64,000 nucleotides of DNA from the NCBI GenBank assembly GCA_964035545.1, contig OZ037767.1, forward strand, positions 755,680-819,679. The letters are read 5' to 3'. The notes under the pieces are model-generated. The model saw nothing but the letters and a program-made list of their open reading frames with translations. It was not told the DNA's origin and did no database searches. This document shows, in pieces, positions 55,101-64,000 of the stretch. The DNA comes from Bugula neritina. Lineage: Eukaryota > Animalia > Bryozoa. The position numbers and the translations under genes are program-made. Each line of letters starts with the position of its first letter. Within the stretch, counting starts at the first letter, position 1.

Positions 55101-58100
55101 GCATTGAAGGATGTCGTCCCGTTCTCTGTGCGGTTGTTGATCAGCCACTTCAAGTAGGCCTGTGCCTTTATAAAGTCGGATTGTTTGAGGGGTTCAAACT
55201 GCACTGGTGGCTGCTCAGTCGACTGGGCAAACGTCTTGTGGCAGAAAAATGGTAACAGCAGCAGCAGGGCTGGTAGCAGATATATCTAAAACGTTGAGTA
55301 TAAATATAAATATAGATTAGATGCTTGTAAGGTATATAAGCATATATAAGCATATATAAGCATATATAAGCATATATAAGCATATATAAGCACCCAAGTC
55401 GTAATATAATAGCTCTTACATAATATAGCATACAAATGGATTTAATATACCCTTAGTTAAAGTAGTTAGTATTACAATAATTAAAGGGGGCGATACACAG
55501 AACACATCCTTGCATGGCTCAACTGTTGGTAACCATTTTGTTACTAGGTAACTATGACAACGAACATGTCGCAACCAATCGGCCCATGATTTCAGTATCT
55601 TACAGCCTAAACAATAACACATTATGATTCGTTTTAAACTAAGAATAGTTAAAATCTTCACAGCTCAGAGTGTATTTATATCCAGCTTATAAGGTCAAAA
55701 GGCCAACTAAACCAGAGAAAATATCAGACTAAAATAGAAGTCTAAATTCCAATACAGTTAGATACATGAAGTCCATCATGAAAAATTTCAGTGGCCATTC
55801 ATTGATGTAAAATTGGTAGTTGGTAATAGTTACATAGTTATATAAATATTATAATATAAAAATATTACTTTTGTATATTATATTATATCATATTATATTA
55901 TGCTTATTATATTATATATTGTTATGTTTATTATATACATGGGTTAAAGGAAAGCTTGGTATTATCTAGAAAGACAGGTACACTAAGCTCCCCTTGAAGT
56001 ACCCACTTTTAAGTACCCCCTACTTCTAAGCACCCCCCTCTAAGTACCCCCTCTCTTCTAAGAACCTCCCTCTAACCCCCCCCCTCTTTCCAAAGCATCC
56101 CCTTCTAAGTACACCCACTCACTGCAACTATTTCATGAAATGATGTCGAAGATGCATATATTTGTAGACGTGTTTGATGTTGCATTGCGTATATGGTGCT
56201 ATGTATATACATTTATACTATTTATACAGTAAACTATATTGACATATTAGGAAGGGTGGAAGGTGGCACACCCCCAACCCTATAATTAAACAGTAATGGG
56301 TGGGAATATTTCTGATAAAACAGTCAGAAACAAAATGCCGTAAACAGCTATAATCTAGCAGCAATTATAATACAGTTATAATCAATCAGTGACTGGAAAT
56401 CAGCTATATAAAAGCATTGCATATTAACAATGAGTTACAGTACCTTTCATGTCTAAGCCCCTAGATATTTACAGGGCCAGATCAACCAAGTAGTCTCAAA
56501 TATTTTGTTTCTCTTTATAAGCATGAAAACTCAACCAAAAACAGATTGAATAATTTTGAATCACTTTTATTAATTCAAAAGTTTTTTAATTACCAAGAAA
56601 TGTTAACACCTGCTCAATTTAGATTGTCACAGTTTATAGCTAAGTTACCTTGTGACATTCTTAGCTAATGATATTCATAGCATAGCAACACTATATTACT
56701 ATATGACAACACTATATTACTGTATGACAACACTATATTACTATATGACAACACTATATTACTGTATGACAACACTATATTACTGTATGACAACACTATA
56801 TTACTGTATGACAACACTATATTACTGTACCACAACACTACCAAGCAGGTGGTTGGTAGTGTTGTGGTTGGTGGACTGCAGGCAAGGACAATACACTCTC
56901 ACAATATAATTATAATGATATAACCACCATTAACATAGTTCTGGTGGATCATTCTGATTCACACATTCCAGGACCTTCCATTCTGCTATCAAACATTTGA
57001 TTGATTCTATAATAATTATTCTAATATTCTCAGAAAGTCTATAAACAACTGCATTACATGAAAGATTTCCAAAGCAGTAGCTGGCTAGTTTTCTCGCGCC
57101 GTGTGATGGCAGATCAATAAGCTGTTGTGATCACAAGAAGTTAGTATCAGTTTCCTGTTATGGTGACTTAACTGCGGCTTTTTACTTTATACAACATGAA
57201 AACTTAGTCAATATTTTCAACACAGTACCAAAAAAGCTACATTGCAACGCAATGCTTTGGCATGTCCACTGTATAGCATGTCTTGCGTAATTCTAAATTT
57301 GCCAACAAATCAAACTATCCTGGACGTAAGGACTACTAACCAGGTTCTAGAAATTATGCAAACATTTTACCTCCTCAATACGAGATCCTAGATGCGAAAG
57401 TGGCTGTGTGTTAGTTATTCCAGCTGCTGTTTTACTATTTTGTACCAACATTAGAAGCAATTCATATTAGCTGCTGAGAAATGCTTGCAAGCACATTATT
57501 AGCTGTTGGAGCAGTATGGGAGAGGTATTGTTATTAGGGAAACTAGTTAAAGGCACTGCACTGTGTACACTGTACAGCAAGGAGTGTACAGCAGGGGGTG
57601 TACAGCAAGAGGTGTACAGCAAGGGGTGTACAGCAGGGGTGTACAGCAAGGGGTTACAGCAAGGGGTGTACAGCAAGGGGTGTACAGCAAAGGGGTGTAC
57701 AGCAAGGGGTGTATAGCAAGGGGTGTACAGCAAGGGTGTACAGCAAGGGCGCACAGCAAAGGGGGTTGAACATAAAGACTATAGTGTGCATGTTCAATGA
57801 AAGAAAAGGATGTTCCCATCGAAAGCCGCTTCTTATGTTAAACTGTTGCCCAATCTTTTGCAAAAACAATTTTGTAACTTTTGTAAACTTCAAACCAAAA
57901 CTGCCAGCTTGCTTTGTATGACTAAAGGGGAAATAATGCAACATTTTTATTCTTGTATTAAATGAGTGATTGGCATCTAATTTCACCTCTAATCACTCTC
58001 TTTATCCACAGATCCTGTTTCTTAAAAAATTGATTTTTCATTTCATTCCATTTCCTTAATTGACAAAAGATTATTGTATTTTCAGTGATAGAAAACTGGT

Positions 58101-59173
58101 AAGGGTGGTACTCCCTTCCACCCCACCCTCCTACCATTGCCTGAGGTGTGCTGTGAAAAAATTTATTTGAAGATAAAAAAGCATCTAGGCAACTGATTTA
58201 GCTTTTACAGTTACAATTAGGTTCTTATATTGGTGACTAGTCAATATTCCGAAGGCCCATTAGTCCGAAGGTCCATTAGTCCGAAGGTCCATTAGTCCGA
58301 AGGTCCATTAGTCCGAAAATTAGTACACTTGATAGTAAATAGCATCCTCACTGAGAATATCATTGATTTCACTCACAATCTAGTTTAAGTTCTTGCTTTG
58401 TTAAAGCTGTATGTGGGTGGCATGCGTGTTGCCTACTTGTGATTGTTTAGCCTGAGATTACACTATGACTAGAAAACAGCTGCATCATCTATCAACATTC
58501 CATTGCGGCTGCTTTATAAACAAAGTACACAGCAAGCTATTCACTAGCCTGTCAGCTAACAGGCCTGTAATTAATAATGTAATAAAGATTACATTTGCAG
58601 TGTATAAATCACCTATATTTTATAGAAAGTCTATAAAAGCTATTGAAAATTTCAAAAAAGTTGCTTTGAGGAACACAAAGATCTACAACATGGTTTTTAA
58701 ATTTTGATTCTATAGCACAATTAGGTGAGGTTTTATTTGGCTGGACTGAATTCTTATATACTAATAGTGTGGTCCCAGCAAGGTAGTTACAGCTAGAAGG
58801 TTGCCCTTATCTACATATCTTGTGGATATGTTTGGTTTGGTATATTATGGTGTGCAGCTTTGGTTATTTGATTTTAGAGTAGTGTCCAAGATGTTTATAA
58901 TTTTTAGTCTTCAATGCATTTTTACAGATATCTCTAATTAAAGATATTTTTAATTACAAAGAGATATTTTTAATTGAAATAGATATATGTATAATTTAAT
59001 TAATATAATAATGCAGTTTAGCAGCTTACGCAGATAATTGAAGAGATTAAATGTGATACCAAATAATTAACTACCAAGCCAGAGATTTACTATTACATTC
59101 AATAGCAAAATTCTAAAACAAACCATTATTTTTTTGACGCTAACTTCAAATGCAACCTTTTTTTATATATATA

Positions 59174-59210
<37 letters not shown>

Positions 59211-60857
59211 TGAGGGCGTGTGCGATCTCCTCCACACACATACCTGCACTAGTATAGGCTACTCATAACTAAATGTAAATAGGTAAAATCTTCCTCCAAG
59301 TTTCGATTTAGGACTTAAGTTACTAGGGACTACCATGCCGATGTTGTTTCTAGCAAACCATTGTAATTTTGCATATTGAATGTAATAGTAAATCTCTGGC
59401 TTGGTAGTTAATTATTTGGTATCACATTTAATCTCTTCAATTATCTGTAAGCTGCTAAACTGCATTATTATATTAATTAAATTATACATATATCTATTTC
59501 AATTAAAAATATCTCTTTGTAATTAAAAATATCTTTAATTATAGGGATATCTGTAAAAATGCATTGAAGACTAAAAATTATAAACATCTTGGACACTACT
59601 CTAAAATCAAATAACCAAAGCTGCACACCATAATATACCAAACCAAACATATCCACAAGATATGTAGATAAGGGCAACCTTCTAGCTGTAACTACCTTGC
59701 TGGGACCACACTATTAGTATATAAGAATTCAGTCCAGCCAAATAAAACCTCACCTAATTGTGCTATAGAATCAAAATTTAAAAACCATGTTGTAGATCTT
59801 TGTGTTCCTCAAAGCAACTTTTTTGAAATTTTCAATAGCTTTTATAGACTTTCTATAAAATATAGGTGATTTATACACTGCAAATGTAATCTTTATTACA
59901 TTATTAATTACAGGCCTGTTAGCTGACAGGCTAGTGAATAGCTTGCTGTGTACTTTGTTTATAAAGCAGCCGCAATGGAATGTTGATAGATGATGCAGCT
60001 GTTTCCTAGTCATAGTGTAATCTCAGGCTAAACAATCACAAGTAGGCAACACGCATGCCACCCACATACAGCTTTAACAGAGCAAGAACTTAAACTAGCT
60101 TATGAGTGAAATCAATGATATTCTCAGTGAGGATGCTATTTACTATCAAGTGTACTAATTTTCGGACTAATGGACCTTCGGACTAATGGACCTTCGGACT
60201 AATGGACCTTCGGACTAATGGGCCTTCGGAATATTGCTCCGTCCCCCTTATATTACCATCCCTGTGTATTATATTACCCTCCCTGTGTATTATATTCCCC
60301 TCCCTGTGTATTATATTACCCTCCCTGTGTACTATATTCCCCTCCCTGTGTATTATATTACCCTCTCTGTGTATTATATTACCCTCTCTGTGTATTTAAA
60401 AATTACTTTTAAAAAAATTAAAACAAACTTGATTCCCTTCAACAGAGTCAATTATTTATAAATGCAACTTTTACATGCCAACTTAACAATAAAGCTTACT
60501 ATGTATTATAAGCGATACACTCTACTTCATACACTATACATTATACATTATATACCATATATACTATATACTATACATTATATACCATATATACTATATA
60601 CTATACATTATATACCATATATACTATATACTATACATTATATACCATACATACCATATATACCATATATACTATATACTATAATACATTATATACTATA
60701 TATACTATATACTATACATTATATACCATATATACTATATACTATACATTATATACCATATATACTATATACTATACATTATATACCATATATACTATAT
60801 ACTATAATACACTATATACATTATATATCATATTCACCATACCTTGATACTCATCAT
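46162..60857 (-). CDS. Secreted heme peroxidase, non-animal peroxidase-catalase superfamily (ascorbate peroxidase-like), with mucin-like stalk and Arg-rich tail (~784 aa, 8 exons)
   Basis: Exons 60843-60857 (MMSIK, least certain), 55021-55285, 53295-53420, 52672-52839, 51536-51665, 48218-48368, 47689-47842, 46162-47507; all GT-AG and phase-consistent. Signal peptide IYLLPALLLLLPFFCHKTFA; distal IRLAFHDCVGGCDGCL; MSKADWYALAG..AVE; WGRKD; proximal ALMGAHTLG; FDNQYYK; MLTSD; VEKFANDN..W...F..AF..M. Confidence 0.9.
46514..47450. repeat. Coding 12-bp tandem repeat x~78 (S-T-L/P-P/S units)
   Basis: (tagtgtagagga/g)n inside the last peroxidase exon. Confidence 0.95.
48828..50890 (-). mobile_element. 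5'-truncated CR1/L2-like non-LTR retrotransposon in peroxidase intron 5 (sense orientation)
   Basis: RT ORF followed by a ~170-nt 3'UTR, AATAAA and an (AAAC)n tail at 48828-48848. No endonuclease domain or ORF1. 5' boundary approximate; TSD not identified. Confidence 0.9.
49018..51021 (-). CDS. LINE ORF2 fragment: reverse transcriptase
   Basis: Motifs YRPISILPVFSKIAE, QYGFR, FLDFSKAFDTINH, GVPQGSILGPTLFLIYINDL, LFADDT, FLGIIID. The first ~45 codons are probably flanking intron sequence that happens to be open. Confidence 0.9.
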   Translation of the reverse strand: MLNTKPTSKPQPASVNIGLTIQLNMIILWTHRDYVYRQSLNSPLNLKLKFKHKTLKNLVTKNLRRSKTLYFESFFENTSDSSKCWKVINEHLGKNRSKRLNAPKSLTSENITLTENKDIANSFNKYFTSIGTTLSKKFTDDNFDFTAQKSDKKLDEQFSFTNIESTVIESLLKDVNPAKAAGLDLAPTNLIKISASHLSKPLAYIINTIINDGAFPNELKKAKVVPLHKKGIATDVSNYRPISILPVFSKIAEKILNKQIVDFLESKNYLTDKQYGFRRNRNTNIALINLTNKVLNAMNNGNSVAGIFLDFSKAFDTINHEILLAKLKMLHFSSHSVKLIKNYLSNRQQSTIINNTYSDFIHITCGVPQGSILGPTLFLIYINDLPDVTMHLDPILFADDTNLFFESKNLLNNMDVINCELKKIENWCNKNKLTVNMSKTNYMIIKTAQNKQDLNGFALEMFNKKLVEVKSTTFLGIIIDSHLSWQQHCSKLCQNLRPLVGLISKCSNHLPRKILIQIYNSFVNSKLTYCLESWGNAANIYLEPLHLLQKKILRIIYKKHHLSPSKPLFLSSSIMPIHTLHKFKLILLSHKLYYSQLTHLTHNYPTRFSEFSLQTPPSSTAAGQRRVEFQCSSLWNKLPSSIRAVEREAGFKLALRDHLMANFQIKK
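51811..52033. repeat. 20-22-bp minisatellite x~11
   Basis: cagagtgaatgtatactaca repeated. Confidence 0.95.
54065..54190. repeat. 20-bp minisatellite x~6
   Basis: aacgtctgcaagtagctcct repeated. Confidence 0.95.
56686..56868. repeat. 21-bp minisatellite x~7 ending in a 16-bp perfect hairpin
   Basis: (caacactatattactgtatga)n, then accacaacactaccaa-gcaggtgg-ttggtagtgttgtggt. Confidence 0.9.
57571..57766. repeat. ~14-bp minisatellite (gtgtacagcaaggg)n
   Basis: Direct inspection. Confidence 0.95.
58232..60246. mobile_element. Fold-back non-autonomous DNA transposon (Merlin- or MULE-like) with ~880-bp inverted arms
   Basis: Arms 58232-59112 and 59365-60246 are near-identical reverse complements. 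5'-GG..CC-3' ends; sub-terminal tandem repeats of ccgaaggtccattagt. 8-bp TSD CTTATATT at 58224-58231 and 60247-60254. 252-bp spacer contains (GT)n. Confidence 0.9.
60248..60395. repeat. 21-bp minisatellite x~7
   Basis: ttatattaccctccctgtgta repeated. Confidence 0.9.
60529..60832. repeat. AT-rich minisatellite next to the peroxidase exon 1 donor
   Basis: (tatactatatactatacattatataccata)n. Confidence 0.9.
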
Positions 60858-61211
60858 AACTGTTTGTAACTTTCTCTTCTTGGTTTACCAAGTTGTATAT
60901 AGCTCTCTCTATACCTCTCTATAGTTCTCTATATATATCTCTATACCTCTCTGTATCTCTCTGTATCTCTCTATACCTCTCTATATCTCTCTATAGTTCT
61001 CTATATCTCTCTATATCTCTCTATATCTCTCTATATCTCTCTATAACTCTGTGCTGTATGCCTCACACCCTTGTATTAAAATACTGCTCATCAAAAGATC
61101 GGCCGTGTCCCAACACAACCCTGGTTACCACGGCAACTGCTGAATCAACTCCCAACCGACTTGGCAAGCGAAATATGACAGAGTGGTAGCACTTAGCAGG
61201 AGATAAATCTG

Positions 61212-61657
61212 CTATATATAGGTGACCAACCAGAGTCACTGACTGAGTGCACGTCACGGGATAAGATATGTGTGGTAGTCAACACAACTATCACACCACG
61301 CTCGTTAGAAACAGGGTCTCACCATGTGAGTCATCTCAGACACACAGACAGACAAAAAAGGGAGTTTGTCACATTATGCTTGCAATGCAGAATATGAGGT
61401 AGAAAATCAAATCTTTGCATACTTTATTTCGTGTAGCAAATGTTTCTGGTAAACGTCTTAATATAGTATTTCTAAACCTTCTAAACTCAAACTAGCAATT
61501 GAAATATTGGCATAGGGAAACTTTACTGTGTCATCAATTAAAACAATAATACTATTACTAACTGCAGCAAAATATGGTACAACAAAACAATGACTCATAA
61601 CACATTTAGTTATAATACTGTTTGTACCACTAAGAGGCACGGAAATAGCATGACTCA
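61212..61657 (-). promoter_or_regulatory. Candidate peroxidase promoter: TATA box plus three AP-1 sites, one ARE-like
   Basis: TATATATAG 61212-61220. TGA(C/G)TCA at 61327-61333, 61591-61597 and 61651-61657; the last reads TGAGTCATGC on the minus strand. Confidence 0.4.
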
Positions 61658-64000
61658 TGTCTTATCAATGTGTGATTGTGGTATTCTGTACATGTAGGAT
61701 TAACTTCAATGAGTAATTTCTTAGCTTTTTTTAAGAAACTAAAATATTAAATTTTGAATTACTGCTTTCGCAATTATTATTTGAGGACACCATTTTACTA
61801 AGAGCTAATAAATATTTGAATCATACTAAACTTGCACTAGCTCTTACATGTGAAACCACCTGCTGGTGAACTTGCAAAATATTATATAGTGGTGATGTGG
61901 TAACTAACATTTATGTTATGACTGGTACTAGAGTATTGACTTTCAACAAGGATTTGGATAGTTGCAAACTTGAGACCACATCCAGTTTGTTTCATAATAT
62001 ATTTTTACATAGTAGTAATTCTGTTAATACAACTGCCCCCCCCCCCCCCCATCTACTGAGATAAGTTTAGTAATTGAGAAAAGCCTCTAAATTAGAAATG
62101 TAGCGGAAGAAGTTATGTAATCATGAAAATTGTGACCCCCCAAACCACAATTTGTGAAATAAATTAAAGAATTTAGGCTATTAAAATTTCTCCACTACTG
62201 CAGTTAATTGGCTCTACTTTACACCCTAGTTGGCAGATGTTAGTATCTCACATATCTATCTCTCTTTCATCAAAATTGTTTAGGTAATGTAGCGCAACGC
62301 CAACGACATGCTTCAACCCATTCATAGCATGAATTTAGTTTCTAGCTAAGATAATACAGCATAACAACATCAGTAATACAGTATAGAGTATTACAGTATA
62401 ACATTAATGATAATATAGGGTATTGCAGTATATAAACAGTACTGGTGATACAGTATTTTGTTTGACATTAGACTCTAACCAATCAAAATTATGCATATTA
62501 TTTTCCTTGAAATATCTAAAATATTGTGAAATATTAAATATCCACATAACAGCAGTCCACTCTGCAAAACATAATATTATTTACCAGACACGGAAATTAA
62601 AAAAGATATAAATAACTTAATTTCCAAAATATTTTTACAAATTGATTCATTCAGTTTACCCAAAGTTTCATTTTAATGTGTGATTCAGCCTTTACTTGAG
62701 AGAATATAACCTTGACATAGCTAGAGCAAGGTTTCATGGCTGAACTAATTCTCCACATTGCAACTAATTCTGTAATCCCAGGGTTGAATGCTCTGAATGT
62801 CATAACCGCGGTACAAGAGTTATTTTTAGATTTAATACTTTAAAAACGATTTGAAGATTACACTCATAACTTCCCCTTAGGATTAGTAAGTCAGGTGAGA
62901 TAATACGTCTAGATCTATATAGATGTTTAGAAAAAGACTTGAAAAAGAAACTTATAAATTGGTTTCGGTACAAAACAACTTTAGATCAAAGAGTCGTAAA
63001 ATTTGTAAGTATTTGGAATATTTGACGCCCACAATGGTGACATAACTCACATTTCCTTTGACACATGAGAAGACTAATCTGGCCAGAACTAAGTACTCAT
63101 ACAGAAGTATGTCTACATGGAGCTCTCAATTAATAATTCTCTTTGTCAAATTTCCTTGTTTCATTGTTAGTATATAGTTTTAGTTTCTGTTGCAGTCTAT
63201 GCTCTCTCCTTTTCTCATATCACTTTATTTTAGATTTTTAGTCTGACATAGTTCATTGCAAGCTTTATGCCTGCATGCAGCTTTGATATTTGTACCTGCT
63301 AGATCTTTTCTTTTAACATGATTATTTGTAATGTTCTTTTATTAAATTGTAAGTGGAACATTTCACAACGTACATCTTTATAATATGCTTTTGGTTCATA
63401 AAATCAGTGATTAGGTCTTTGAAAGCTTGGAATGTGTGTTTTTTTTGTAAGTGCTACAACAATATTGACAAAAAGATTTATGATTCAATAGTAGACGTTA
63501 TTAGATTTCGGAGTTGTTTTCTTAACAGAAAATAACTCCTAATATTATAATTATTATGCTTCTGATGACTCGCACGGTCTACGTTATTTTTTGTTAGAGC
63601 AACTTCTTCGAGAAGCCGACATATCATAAAGGGCAAGAAATTGGCTAATATTAAATAGGAAATCGTAGACGACATCTTGCGGAAGCCGACTTCCCAAATT
63701 GTTATTTGCTGTTTGGATTATCCCCAACAGACCTCATTATAATTGCTAGTTATTAGCACCAATTCAAATAGTAAATTCAACTTACACTGGTATGTCGTGA
63801 CACGAAGTAACTATTTAATCGTTTGTCAACTATTTTGTCAAATTGTGAATAATTAATCAACTTGGACTTTGACTCAAATTGCTCGAGTTTGTGTTTTGAA
63901 TTCAGTCATTACTCATTTCACTATCATTATGATTATAATTATCATTGTGATTATCATTATAAATATGTTTGCAATTACATTTAGTTTTACTCTAACTATT

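Noticed and set aside
56444-56936. Alternative first coding exons for the peroxidase (ATG AAA G at 56444-56450; MLMVVISL* near 56936)
   Set aside because: The first is phase 1 and hits a stop in exon 2; the second has an in-frame TAA. The MMSIK exon at 60843-60857 fits phase 0.
58465-60013. Two identical 80-aa ORFs on opposite strands
   Set aside because: A consequence of the fold-back arms; no recognisable domain.
62677-63052. Possible small TIR element
   Set aside because: Terminal match too short and degenerate to support.

Overview
AT-rich, intron-rich animal genomic DNA (probably an invertebrate; inference). All recognisable genes lie on the minus strand and were assembled by hand from GT-AG junctions with consistent phases. 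(1) A complete 10-exon TIMM50 gene (CDS 9935-21556, ~492 aa). (2) A tandem array of four CD225/dispanin (IFITM/PRRT-like) genes (26.1-43.8 kb). Their long N-termini carry PPxY motifs, tyrosine motifs and a variable-length coding (TQTD)n repeat. Copy 1 is truncated by a poly(A)-tailed insertion. (3) An 8-exon secreted heme peroxidase of the non-animal peroxidase-catalase superfamily (CDS 46162-60857, ~784 aa), with a ~310-aa Ser/Thr/Pro mucin-like stalk and an Arg-rich tail. Mobile DNA: a 5'-truncated CR1/L2-like LINE, a 2.0-kb fold-back element with ~880-bp arms and an 8-bp TSD, a 3.15-kb TIR element and two tRNA-derived SINE copies. Tandem repeats repeatedly sit next to splice sites, and two families duplicate the 5' splice site itself. 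No rRNA, intact tRNA or CRISPR array was seen. Most short ORFs in the supplied track are repeat artefacts.
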